64,000 nucleotides of DNA, taken from assembly GCA_021793215.1 (NCBI GenBank), contig JAJYTE010000008.1, forward strand, positions 14,876-78,875, in the 5' to 3' direction. The translations under genes were made by a program, and so were the position numbers. The DNA is from Bacillota bacterium. Lineage in GTDB: Bacteria > Bacillota > Sulfobacillia > JAJZYS01 > JAJYTV01. Numbering within the stretch: position 1 is the stretch's first letter; every line of letters begins with the position of its first letter. Below the pieces are notes generated by a model that saw only the letters and a program-made list of their open reading frames with translations, did no database searches and was not told where the DNA came from. Positions 29,247 to 38,183 of the stretch are shown one piece after another.

Positions 29247-29322
29247 CGCGTCACCTTCCTCTGTCTGGAGCAATTGCACCATACCAGGGGAGAATTCCTG
29301 CCGATGAAAACGCGCAAACGGA

Positions 29323-29529
29323 TCAGATGCGGCGCGGCGGCGCCTGTCGGAGCATTTCCTCCTCCGCAACCTCGATCGCGGCATGCACGAGGCGCCCGCA
29401 GTCACGGGCCGAGACGGCACCCCAGCCACCTTGCTCGACGGTCGGACGGACGCCGAGTTTCGGCGCGAGCTGCCATTTGAGTTCCTCGCTCATCAACTTG
29501 CCCAACGTGTCTCGCCTCCTCGACGACAT
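29323..29529 (-). CDS. Possible alpha/beta-type small acid-soluble spore protein (SASP).
   Basis: The 68-aa ORF (LSEELKWQLAPKLGV...GGWGAVSARDCGRLVHAAIEVAEE) loosely follows the SASP pattern K-x-E-I-A-x-E-x-G-V ... G-x-V-G-G-x-x-x-K-R-L-V. It has its own intergenic slot between lexA and the antiporter. Confidence 0.45.
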   Translation of the reverse strand: MSSRRRDTLGKLMSEELKWQLAPKLGVRPTVEQGGWGAVSARDCGRLVHAAIEVAEEEMLRQAPPRRI

Positions 29530-29661
29530 TTTCCCTCAACCCCCAAAACGCGACGCGGGCGGAAGATGGTGCGGCAGGAATGGGCTGGACGGCGCCTTGG
29601 AGGAGTCGGCCTGTGCGGCCGAGAATCCCAGTCCTCCCTCGACGCAGGAGGAGGGCGAAGA

Positions 29662-31404
29662 TTGCAGACCAGCCTTATCTCCGTTCTCGCCGTGTCTGTG
29701 CTCGCGCTGCTGGCACCCGTGCTTACGTCGCGCCTTCGCCCCGTCGTCGTCCCCGTGGCCGCCATGGAGGTCGTGCTGGGCATCGTGTTCGGCCGCACCG
29801 GCTTCGGGTTTCTGCAGCCGACGGCCGTCACGGCGTTTCTGTCCCTCTTCGGGCTTTCGTACCTCATGTTCCTCTCCGGCCTGGAGGTCGACGTGGTGCG
29901 CCTGATGCGCCCATCCACCGCCGACCGGAGGGGGCTCGCGACGGCAGCGCTGACCGCTGTGGCGCTGCTTGGAGCCGGCATCCTCGGCGGTCTCGAACTG
30001 CAGCGTCTCGGCATCGTCGGCAACGGCCTCGCGCTGGGGCTCCTGCTCGGGTCCTCCGCGCCGACCGTCGTACTCCCGACGCTCAAGGAGGGGCGGCGAA
30101 CCGGGACGCAGTTCGGACGAACGGTGCTCTTGGTTTCCTTGCTGCTCGACGTCGTCGGACTGCTCGGCGTCTCGGTCATCGCGGGCCTTCGGGCGGGTGG
30201 CCCGAGGGCGCTTCTCTTCATCATCCTCCTGGTGCCGCTCGTGGCTGCCGTTCGGCTCAGCGGCCCCCTGCGGCGTTGGTGGGCCCGGCAGACGCTGGAT
30301 TCCGTGACGTCTCAGCTCGGCGTGCGTGGAGCCCTCGCGATCGTGGTCATCTTCATCGCCGTCGCCGAGTCCTTGGGAACGGCTGCCGTGCTCGGCGCGT
30401 TCGCGGCAGGTATGACGGCGGCGATCGTGCTGGGCGACCGCCTCAGCGCGATCCAGGAGAAGCTGGATGCGATCGGCTACGGTTACTTCATCCCTTTCTT
30501 CTTCATCCTGCTGGGCGCGCAAATAAACGCGCACACCGATCTCGCGCGCGTGGCGCTGCTCGCCCTCCTCATGGTCGCCGCCTTCGTGGGCCTTGGCCTC
30601 GTCGCGTCTGTGGTCTTCGGCGTGCGCTTCGGAAGTTGGCGAAACGGCCTGGGAGCCGGCATGCTGCTCGCGACCCACCTCTCGGTGACGGTCGCGGGCA
30701 GCGCGATCCTCGAGTCGGCCCAGATCATCTCCGCGGCCACCGCAACGGCGGTGATCGTCGCGTCGGTCGTCAGTGCCATCGTGCTTCCGCCCATCTCTCT
30801 TTGGCTCGTACCGCCACGCAAGGAGCTGCGCCAGGGCGTCCTGCTGGTCGGTCCGAACCAGCGTACACGGCGGTTGGCCGCCCGCCTCGCGTCGCAGAGC
30901 GGCGATGTACAGGTCGTCGAGTCGCTCGCCGCGGTCGACCTCGCGGGAGTCGGGACGGGCGTTGTACTCGGCGAGAGCGCGGAGAACAACTTCTCGCGCG
31001 CCGAGAAACTCAGTGAGGGAGGGGTCCCTCGCGTGGTGGTCGAGGTGACGCCGGATCTGGCGAAGGACGCCCGGGAGGCCGGATGGGTTCCCTTCACTCC
31101 AGAACTGGCGGCGTCGGAGCTCCTAGAGCTGCTCGTGCTCGCACCGGCAGGGGCGGACCTGCTCGTGGGACACCAGGACGGCGAGATCATCGACGTCACG
31201 GTGCGCAACCTGTCGTTCGACGGCGTGCCGCTGCGCCTCGTGGCACTGCCGTCGCGCGTGCTCATCGTGTCGCTCGCGCGGGGCAGGGACCACATCGTTC
31301 CGCGAGGCCAGACGGTACTGCGCCTAGGAGACGTCGTGACGCTGCTGGGAAGTCCATCCGATGTCGAACCGCTGCGCGCCACATTCGAGGATGGTGCCGG
31401 CTGA
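29662..31404 (+). CDS. Cation:proton antiporter (CPA family) membrane domain fused to C-terminal RCK/TrkA-C-like regulatory domains.
   Basis: ~12 transmembrane segments followed by a soluble region (LVGPNQRTRRLAARL...; ...VVTLLGSPSDVEPL resembles TrkA-C). TTG start at 29662. The track start at 29383 is over-extended. Confidence 0.7.
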   Translation: MQTSLISVLAVSVLALLAPVLTSRLRPVVVPVAAMEVVLGIVFGRTGFGFLQPTAVTAFLSLFGLSYLMFLSGLEVDVVRLMRPSTADRRGLATAALTAVALLGAGILGGLELQRLGIVGNGLALGLLLGSSAPTVVLPTLKEGRRTGTQFGRTVLLVSLLLDVVGLLGVSVIAGLRAGGPRALLFIILLVPLVAAVRLSGPLRRWWARQTLDSVTSQLGVRGALAIVVIFIAVAESLGTAAVLGAFAAGMTAAIVLGDRLSAIQEKLDAIGYGYFIPFFFILLGAQINAHTDLARVALLALLMVAAFVGLGLVASVVFGVRFGSWRNGLGAGMLLATHLSVTVAGSAILESAQIISAATATAVIVASVVSAIVLPPISLWLVPPRKELRQGVLLVGPNQRTRRLAARLASQSGDVQVVESLAAVDLAGVGTGVVLGESAENNFSRAEKLSEGGVPRVVVEVTPDLAKDAREAGWVPFTPELAASELLELLVLAPAGADLLVGHQDGEIIDVTVRNLSFDGVPLRLVALPSRVLIVSLARGRDHIVPRGQTVLRLGDVVTLLGSPSDVEPLRATFEDGAG

Positions 31405-31432
31405 TCGCGCGGCGGCTGGGCTGTGATCCGCG

Positions 31433-32812
31433 CTAGATCGGCTCGAATTCGGCCGCGAAGTGGCGCAGCGTCGGCGGTTCGTAGGTGAAGCGGTACCCCT
31501 CCACTCCGTCGCGCCTGGCGAGGATGCGCCGCATCGCCTCCGCAACCTGCGCGAGCTGCGCTTGGCTGTAGACGCGTCGCGGGATGGCCAGCCGCAGGAG
31601 TTCGAGCGCAGGGTAATCGTGCTCGCCGGTCTTCGGGTCGCGGCCAGCCAGGACAGTGCCGATCTCCACCGCCCGGATTCCCCGCTCGCGGTAGAGTTCC
31701 ACGCTGAGCGCCCAGGCCGGGAAAGCGTCGCGCGCAATGTGCGGCAGCATGCGTCCAGCATCGACGTAGACGCCGTGCCCGCCGACGGGTGACATGACCG
31801 GCACGCCGGAGGCTTCAAGCGCTTGGTGCAGCTGCGCCACCTGTGCCGTCCGGTAGGCGAGGTGCTGCGGCATCACGGACTCTCTGAGCCCTTGCGCAAG
31901 GGCGGCGAGGTCTCGTCCCGCGAGGCCTCCGTACGTGGCGTAGCCCTCGTAGAGGATGCCGAAGTCGCGCACTTTGCGGTAGAGCTCCTCCGAGCGGAGG
32001 GCGACGAACCCACCGATGTTGACCATCGGGTCCTTCTTCGCAGACATCGTGCATCCGTCGGCGAGTGACATCATCTCCCGCGCGATCTCGCTGGCGCTCC
32101 GGTCGGATTGGCCCGGCTCGCGCTGCTGCACGAGGTAGGCGTTCTCCGCGAAGCGCGCCGCGTCGAGGAAGAGTGGCTTGCGGTGCCGCTCGCAGAGCCG
32201 GCGCACTTCGCGCAGGTTCTGCAGCGACACGGGCTGCCCGCCGTTCTGGTTCGACGTCACGGTGACCATCACGAGCGGGATGCGCTCGCCCTGCTCGCGC
32301 AGCAGGTCTCCGAGGCGGTCGACATCCACGTTCCCTTTGAACGGGAAGTCGCCGCCGGGCTCGAGGCCCTCGGCGACGACGACGTCGACCGGCGTCGCGC
32401 CGCGCGCGAGCACGTGCGCCTTCGTGGTGTCGAAGTGCAGGTTGTTGGGGACGAGGTCCCCCGCATCGACGAGCGCCTGCATCAGGACGTGCTCCGCGGC
32501 GCGCCCCTGATGGGTCGGCAGGACGAGCGGGAACCCCAGTACATCCTGAACGGACGCCTGCAGGTCCTGGAAACTCGTACTGCCCGCGTAGGACTCGTCT
32601 CCCCGCATCAGTGCCGCCCACTGCTCCTGGCTCATCGCCGAGGTGCCCGAATCGGTCAAGAGGTCGATGTACACGTCCTGCGCCAGGAGTTTGAAGGGGT
32701 TGTAGCCGGCGCGGCGGATGGCGTCCTCACGCGCGGGCCGGGGCAACAGTTCGATCCATTCGACCATCTTCGTCTTGTACGGCTCTGCGAGCGGCCAGCC
32801 TTGTTCCTCCAA
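31433..32812 (-). CDS. Beta-eliminating lyase: tryptophanase or tyrosine phenol-lyase family (PLP-dependent).
   Basis: Full-length (459 aa) match to the Tnase/TPL family (YIDLLTDSGT...PTHQGRAAE...DAARFAENAY...SAKKD PLP-Lys...IPRRVY). TTG start with a GGAGGG RBS. It cannot be decided from inspection whether this is tnaA or tpl. Confidence 0.85.
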   Translation of the reverse strand: MEEQGWPLAEPYKTKMVEWIELLPRPAREDAIRRAGYNPFKLLAQDVYIDLLTDSGTSAMSQEQWAALMRGDESYAGSTSFQDLQASVQDVLGFPLVLPTHQGRAAEHVLMQALVDAGDLVPNNLHFDTTKAHVLARGATPVDVVVAEGLEPGGDFPFKGNVDVDRLGDLLREQGERIPLVMVTVTSNQNGGQPVSLQNLREVRRLCERHRKPLFLDAARFAENAYLVQQREPGQSDRSASEIAREMMSLADGCTMSAKKDPMVNIGGFVALRSEELYRKVRDFGILYEGYATYGGLAGRDLAALAQGLRESVMPQHLAYRTAQVAQLHQALEASGVPVMSPVGGHGVYVDAGRMLPHIARDAFPAWALSVELYRERGIRAVEIGTVLAGRDPKTGEHDYPALELLRLAIPRRVYSQAQLAQVAEAMRRILARRDGVEGYRFTYEPPTLRHFAAEFEPI

Positions 32813-32925
32813 GAGAAGCCCTCCTTCGGACGCAGCGTAGTGTTCGCTACGCGCTGCCGTACTTCCTCGATACTTCCATTACGGAAGCGTTGAGGGCGAA
32901 GGAAGGTGCCGGGGCGGTCGGCTGG

Positions 32926-33696
32926 CTACAATCCGAGGCGAGCCTGGGTGAAGGAGAGGGCTGTCTCGACAGCCGCGCGCTGCATGCGGACACGGACAGC
33001 CAGCGGCTGTCGGCCCGGGGTCTCCACGGTGATGACGTGATCGGCCACGAAGTAGAGGTAGAAGGCGAGCGGCCACTTGTCCCGTGACTTCGCAGCCTCC
33101 TCGAGGGACAGGTCCTTCGGCCATTCCATGCGAACGAGTCCCTCGTCGATCTCCATGTCGCCTTCCTCGCCGTTCGAGATGGGTCCCTCGAGCGCCATGC
33201 GCGCGAGCAGAGCCGGCGCCACCGTCGGTCCCTTGGGGAGCCGCTCGTAGACGTAGAAACCGAAGTAATCGCAGTCCTCGTGCATGTCGACGGCCATCGC
33301 GAAGCGAGTGCCCTCCAGAACGTCCTTGACCATCCGCACAGCGGGGGGCGGGTTCTCCTCTCGGAAGCATCGGTTCAGGTCGCGCCCCTCGGCGTCGTGG
33401 CGCTCGCCGCGCTCGAAGCCGTAGGGATTGAGGCAGGGGAAGGCGTCGATGCGGAAGATGCGCAGCCACTTGGCGGCGTCGTGCTCGAGCCAGTGCAGGA
33501 AACCTGCGGTACCACCCGGCTCCTCGCCGTGGATGCCGGTGGATAGGAGGAAGCGCGGCGCGTTGCGCGGCCCGGCGAGCTCAAGGTGGTACAGGGGGTA
33601 TCCGTCAGCCTCGGCACGCTGGGTGAAGGATCCACCGAGGTCCTCGGTGGCGGTCTGCAGCCGGTCGACGAGTTCGGCGTAGCTCGGGCGCTCCAA
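32926..33696 (-). CDS. M14-family zinc carboxypeptidase-like protein.
   Basis: Zn-ligand motif HGEEPGG, a downstream RDLNRCF and an HED region. TTG start with an AAGGAG RBS. The track ORF to 34161 is over-extended. Confidence 0.6.
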   Translation of the reverse strand: MERPSYAELVDRLQTATEDLGGSFTQRAEADGYPLYHLELAGPRNAPRFLLSTGIHGEEPGGTAGFLHWLEHDAAKWLRIFRIDAFPCLNPYGFERGERHDAEGRDLNRCFREENPPPAVRMVKDVLEGTRFAMAVDMHEDCDYFGFYVYERLPKGPTVAPALLARMALEGPISNGEEGDMEIDEGLVRMEWPKDLSLEEAAKSRDKWPLAFYLYFVADHVITVETPGRQPLAVRVRMQRAAVETALSFTQARLGL

Positions 33697-33884
33697 CGGC
33701 GAGGCTCCTTTCCCGGGACGCAGGTGAGGTCGGCGCAGGAGAAGTGACAGGCAGGAAGGAAGCCCGAAGCGGCTATCGCATGTCGATGGTGTTCCGCCGA
33801 TCGAGTGACGATTCCTGCAGTGGCGACACGGACTGCCACATGTGGTGTTCTCTCGGATGTGCAGACAGCGATGGCGGGGGCGCG

Positions 33885-34430
33885 ATGGGCGAGGCTGAAC
33901 TGATCCGGCGGGCGAAGGCGGGAGACCGGAACGCGGCTGGCGCCTTGTGCGAGTTGCACTGGCGGGCGGTCTATGCCCTCGTGTACGCGCGCCTCGGTGA
34001 CCGGACGGAGGCGGAGGACGTGACGCAGGATGCCTTCTCACGCCTGTGGGGCGCATTCGGGAGGTTTGAGGGCGATCGGCTCGGACCCTACCTGCGCACG
34101 ATCGCCCTGAACCTCGCCCGCAACCGCTTGCGCGACGCGGGGCGCCATCCCCACGAGCCATTGCCGGAGGTGCTGCACGCGGATCCGGGGCCCTCGGTCG
34201 AGCAAGAGGTGGTCACGGAGGAGACCCGGCGCGAACTGCTGGACGCACTCCGGCAACTGGCGCCGGAGCACCGTGAGGTGCTGACGCTGCGGCTGCTGGA
34301 CGGGCGCTCCGTCGCGGAGGTGGCGGAGATGCTTACGCGCACGCCGGAGGCGGTCCGGGCGCTGCAGTACCGGGCACTGCAGCACCTGCGCGCCGTGGTG
34401 CAGGGACCAGCACGCGTCGGGGAGGTATAG
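33885..34430 (+). CDS. ECF (sigma-70 group 4) RNA polymerase sigma factor.
   Basis: Region 2 (LIRRAKAGDRNAAGALCELHWRAVYALVY...VTQDAF) and region 4 (LTLRLLDGRSVAEVAEML). 181 aa. Confidence 0.8.
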   Translation: MGEAELIRRAKAGDRNAAGALCELHWRAVYALVYARLGDRTEAEDVTQDAFSRLWGAFGRFEGDRLGPYLRTIALNLARNRLRDAGRHPHEPLPEVLHADPGPSVEQEVVTEETRRELLDALRQLAPEHREVLTLRLLDGRSVAEVAEMLTRTPEAVRALQYRALQHLRAVVQGPARVGEV

Positions 34431-34431
34431 C

Positions 34432-35448
34432 ATGCGACCTGAGGAGAGGCTCTCGGAGGCGATCGATCGGCTGCTCGAGGGGGGCGTGCCGTACTGCCTC
34501 GAGGGGGAGGAGGCGGAACTGCTGGCGCTCGGGCGGAGCCTGCGCGCGGCCCGCGACTCCTTCTGGCCGCGCGACCAGGCCGCGTTCGCGCTGCGACTGA
34601 TGGCGAGCTTCCGGGCTGCGCCGCGTCGCCACCCGCTCGCATCGCTCGCCTCGGCGGCGGCCGCCATCCTCGCCGCGGTTGCCGTGGGGCAGGCGGCAGA
34701 GGCGCCACCGGTGGCCGCCGTGATGTTGGCCCCGGCCCTGCACGCCTCCGCCGCGCCGACAGCGCACGCAGAGAGCACGTCGCAGTCGCCCTTGTCCTTC
34801 TCCGCGGCGTCTCCTACACCGGCGCCCACCTCCTCCGCCATGGCAGCCCCGAAATCGCTTGCGGTCCAGTCGCAGGCGGCGGTGCGTACGGAAGTTACGC
34901 AGCGTCCGCTGCCACTCGCCTCAACCGCTGTGGGCATGGGCGTCGTGGCGGTCCGGCTACCGCTCGGCGGCACAGGGTTCGGCGCTGAGGTCCACGTGAC
35001 GTCCCTGACGCGGCGCACCTATCACGTCGCTGCGATCAGCGTACGCAGCCGGGAGGGGCACGCAGTCGCGCTCCTGCAGACGAGCAGGTTGCCTGGAGGA
35101 TGGTACCGACTGCGCCTCGGCGGTGCGCTCACGGCCCTATTCCTTCCGACGCCGGGCGCCGCAACGCTCCAGAGCGGATGGAAGGAGATCTCGGCCCCGG
35201 TCCCCGGCGGGCCCTTCGCGATACGCTTCGGTCCCACGCGTACGCAGGCCGCGTTCCCGGACGACGGCAGCGCGCTCGGGGTACGCCTGGTGGGGCAGGG
35301 TGGCGCGGAGGATGCGGCGTGGGCGATCGCGCAGACGCTCTTCGAACGACCGGCCATCGTGCTTACCTTCGATCCGACGCCCGCGGGCACCAGCGCCCTG
35401 ACGTTCGAGCGTCCGGGCGGCGGCAGGATCCTCGTTCCAATCCCGTAG
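34432..35448 (+). CDS. Putative anti-sigma factor: N-terminal cytoplasmic domain, one transmembrane segment and an extracytoplasmic domain.
   Basis: Translationally coupled to the ECF sigma (stop/start 1 nt apart). It has a single central hydrophobic helix (ASAAAAILAAVAV). Confidence 0.55.
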   Translation: MRPEERLSEAIDRLLEGGVPYCLEGEEAELLALGRSLRAARDSFWPRDQAAFALRLMASFRAAPRRHPLASLASAAAAILAAVAVGQAAEAPPVAAVMLAPALHASAAPTAHAESTSQSPLSFSAASPTPAPTSSAMAAPKSLAVQSQAAVRTEVTQRPLPLASTAVGMGVVAVRLPLGGTGFGAEVHVTSLTRRTYHVAAISVRSREGHAVALLQTSRLPGGWYRLRLGGALTALFLPTPGAATLQSGWKEISAPVPGGPFAIRFGPTRTQAAFPDDGSALGVRLVGQGGAEDAAWAIAQTLFERPAIVLTFDPTPAGTSALTFERPGGGRILVPIP

Positions 35449-35481
35449 TGCAGTCTGAGGATTCCCAGGAGGTGGGGTTCC

Positions 35482-36192
35482 ATGCAGTGGCCGAGATGGT
35501 CTGAACTGGTGCTCGCGCTCGTCGCGCTGGCGGCGGTCGGGCTGGCCGGGTTCGGGCTCGGTGGTGCGCAGAAGGGCGGCGCCAAGGGTGGAAGCCTGCA
35601 AGTGACCGCGACCGGCACCGCCCAGGTGACGCCGAACCTCGCCCAGATCAACCTGGGAGGTCAGGTCCAGGCGCCGACGGCGCAGGGGGCGATGGGCAAG
35701 CTGAACGCGATCACGAACGCGGTCGTCGTTGCCCTGGAGAAGGACGGCGTCGCGGCGAAGGACATCCAGACGAGCAACATGTACCTCAACCAGAACTACG
35801 ATCAGCAGGGGCACCCGAATGGCTACCAGGCGAACGAGCAGTTCACCGTCACGGTCCGCAAACTCGCGTCAACGGGGCAGCTGATCTCGGCGGGGCTGGC
35901 GGCCGGGGCGAACCAGTTCAACAACGTGACCTTCACTGAGGCCGACCCGAACGCGGGCCGGGAACTCGCGGTGCAGAAGGCGATCAAGGCGGCCAAGCAG
36001 CAGGCGGTGTCCGAGGCGCTGCAGCTCGGCGTTGCCCTCGGCCGCGTCACTTCCGTGCGCGTCCAGGGGGCGCAGACGCCTGGACCGATCTTCGAGGCGG
36101 CGAGGAGCACTCCAGCGGCGGCGGCGCCGAACGTGCAGCCGGGAAGCCAGAGCGTACAGGTGCAGGTTCTCGTCACGTACAGCTACCAGTAA
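35482..36192 (+). CDS. SIMPL-domain (DUF541) secreted protein.
   Basis: Signal/transmembrane anchor, then SIMPL-like motifs (SNMYLNQNYD...FTVTVRKLA...VQVQVLVTY). Confidence 0.6.
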   Translation: MQWPRWSELVLALVALAAVGLAGFGLGGAQKGGAKGGSLQVTATGTAQVTPNLAQINLGGQVQAPTAQGAMGKLNAITNAVVVALEKDGVAAKDIQTSNMYLNQNYDQQGHPNGYQANEQFTVTVRKLASTGQLISAGLAAGANQFNNVTFTEADPNAGRELAVQKAIKAAKQQAVSEALQLGVALGRVTSVRVQGAQTPGPIFEAARSTPAAAAPNVQPGSQSVQVQVLVTYSYQ

Positions 36193-36288
36193 TCCCCGCT
36201 CACGCGGCGGGCTGGACGGGAGTCCAGCCCGCCGCGCGCATGCTAGACTGGATCGTCGTCGACGACGTCTACCCAATGGGGCCGGAGC

Positions 36289-37539
36289 ATGCGCGCCAGG
36301 TGGGCCCTCTTCGGCATCGGCACACTGGCCATGGCGATCGCCGCCGGCTGCGGCCCGCAGGTGCATCCCACCGGGTCGAACCCCTCCGGGACCGCGGCAT
36401 TGAAGCCCACTGCGGTCCTGCAGCCGGCGAAGTCCTACGTCACTTCGGAGACCCTGCGCGCCGTGCTCACGGGCAGCGGGACCGACACCTCACACGTCGC
36501 GACGAGCTCCGGCCCCTACGGGGGCACCGGGACGCTCACCGTCACGTCGCCGTCCGGGAAGGCGCTCCTGCGCCTTCCGCACGTCGGCTGGGCCGGCATC
36601 CTGAAGTTCGGACGCCGCCATCTGCCCGTGGTCGTCACGCGGAGCGACGCGGGCAACTGCGGCAGCGGCGGATGCGAGTTCGTGAGCTACAGCTGGGCGG
36701 TAAGGCGGAGCGCTTGGGAGTGGCACGCGCTCCGTCGGGCGATCCAAGCGCGCAACGCCTGGGACGCGAAGGAGAAGCGCTTCCGGCCCGCCCCGCCGCC
36801 CCGGACCGTGCGCACAAACGCCATGTTCGGGTTCGCCACGCTGACCGCCAAGGGCCTCACGCTCGCGAACCGAACCTACGACCTGAACCAGAACGCGATG
36901 TACCTGCGCTACGCCTACGCACCCGCGGTGGGCCCCGCCGGCGCGTGGGTGGCCCAGGGCGCACCGACGTACGGTCCCAAGACGCTCGTCGGGCCGTACC
37001 CCTCGGGGCCAATGGAGGTCGCGGAGGAACTCTTGGATGCCGTCGCGATGAATCTGCCGCGGCAGGTGGAGGCGCTCTCCGTCACGCCCCGGGCGGGACT
37101 CGGGTTCGTGCGCGCGTGGCGACCTCTTCTCGGCCCCGTGGGACCGCTCGTCTACGACCAACAGTCCTTCGACGCCGCGCAGGCGGCGAAGGGAGCAGCC
37201 ACGGAGCTCGTGGCCTGGCAGGTGGGCGGCAGCGGGGGCGGAATGACGCTGCACGTGATGCGCGCTGCGCTCCGCTTCCAGCACGTAGGAGGCCAGTGGC
37301 TGGCCTCGTCGCTCAGCATCGCGCCGATCGCCCTCAAGGTGAACACAGCCGCGCAGGTGCTCTCGCGGCTGGCCCGCAACCCCTCCGCCGCAGCCTACCT
37401 CGCAAGTCATCCAGCGGTGACGCTCGTCCAGCCCGCGATGCAGAACCCAACCATTTGGGTCGTCGATCTCTCGAGCGGCGGGTCGGCGACGGTGGATGCG
37501 CGCAACGGGGCCGTGAATGCGGCAGGAATGCGGGGATAG
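36289..37539 (+). CDS. Hypothetical lipoprotein.
   Basis: Signal peptide with a lipobox-like AIAAGC. 416-aa secreted Gly/Ala-rich protein. No recognisable family. Confidence 0.5.
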   Translation: MRARWALFGIGTLAMAIAAGCGPQVHPTGSNPSGTAALKPTAVLQPAKSYVTSETLRAVLTGSGTDTSHVATSSGPYGGTGTLTVTSPSGKALLRLPHVGWAGILKFGRRHLPVVVTRSDAGNCGSGGCEFVSYSWAVRRSAWEWHALRRAIQARNAWDAKEKRFRPAPPPRTVRTNAMFGFATLTAKGLTLANRTYDLNQNAMYLRYAYAPAVGPAGAWVAQGAPTYGPKTLVGPYPSGPMEVAEELLDAVAMNLPRQVEALSVTPRAGLGFVRAWRPLLGPVGPLVYDQQSFDAAQAAKGAATELVAWQVGGSGGGMTLHVMRAALRFQHVGGQWLASSLSIAPIALKVNTAAQVLSRLARNPSAAAYLASHPAVTLVQPAMQNPTIWVVDLSSGGSATVDARNGAVNAAGMRG

Positions 37540-37590
37540 ACGTAGAAAGAGGTCCCGTTATCGAGCCATAAGGTTGACACGGGCAGCGCC

Positions 37591-38133
37591 ATGGTGGACA
37601 ACCTGAGGGAGTGGAGCGCTTTGGGTTTGCCTCTGCGCCGGTCGATGTTCGGCTACAGCCGACGAGCGACGAACGCGCTGTTGGCAGCGATGGAGGAAGA
37701 GCAGGCAGCAAACCGCGCCGAGTGGGCCGACCGCTCGGCTGGGCTGTCGCAGGAACTTGCGGACGTGCGGTCACTCGTGCACCAGAGGGAACGGGAAGTC
37801 CAAGGGGAGCAGGAGCGCCAGCGCGTGCTGATGGCGCTACTCGAGGAGATCTCCGCGCGTGGTGCGCAGGCGCTCTTGGCCGCGCAGGCGAGGATGGCGC
37901 AGAGCGAGGCGGAGATCCTCGAGGAGATCGCGCGGCGCGAGCTCGTGCTCGGACACCGCCGCAGCGTACTGCGCAGCCTGCGCGAGGACACCAGCCGCGC
38001 CGTACGGCGCGCGCTCGACACGATCGAACGGGAGCCCCCAGGGGCCGATGAGGCGGCCGCGACCCATGAAGCTGCACCGCCGGACGCGGGCTCCCGGGCT
38101 GTCGTCAACGTCCAGCAGGATACCGGGTCCTAG
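37591..38133 (+). CDS. DivIVA-domain protein (short paralog).
   Basis: N-terminal DivIVA signature F-G-Y-x-x-x-x-(V/T)-x-x-x-L (SMFGYSRRATNALLAAMEEE) followed by a coiled coil. Confidence 0.6.
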   Translation: MVDNLREWSALGLPLRRSMFGYSRRATNALLAAMEEEQAANRAEWADRSAGLSQELADVRSLVHQREREVQGEQERQRVLMALLEEISARGAQALLAAQARMAQSEAEILEEIARRELVLGHRRSVLRSLREDTSRAVRRALDTIEREPPGADEAAATHEAAPPDAGSRAVVNVQQDTGS

Positions 38134-38183
38134 CCGTGCCGTCTCGGCGCTCGCGGCCCAAGTCCAGGGTGGAACGGCTGCCG

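Noticed and set aside
29383-29661. Track-predicted N-terminal 93-aa extension of the antiporter.
   Set aside because: The extension is non-hydrophobic and Arg-rich, and it overlaps the SASP-like ORF region on the other strand. TTG 29662 immediately precedes the first transmembrane helix.
31405-31432. Possible terminator between the convergent antiporter and lyase genes.
   Set aside because: The gap is only 28 nt and no clear GC-stem/T-tract hairpin was identifiable by eye.
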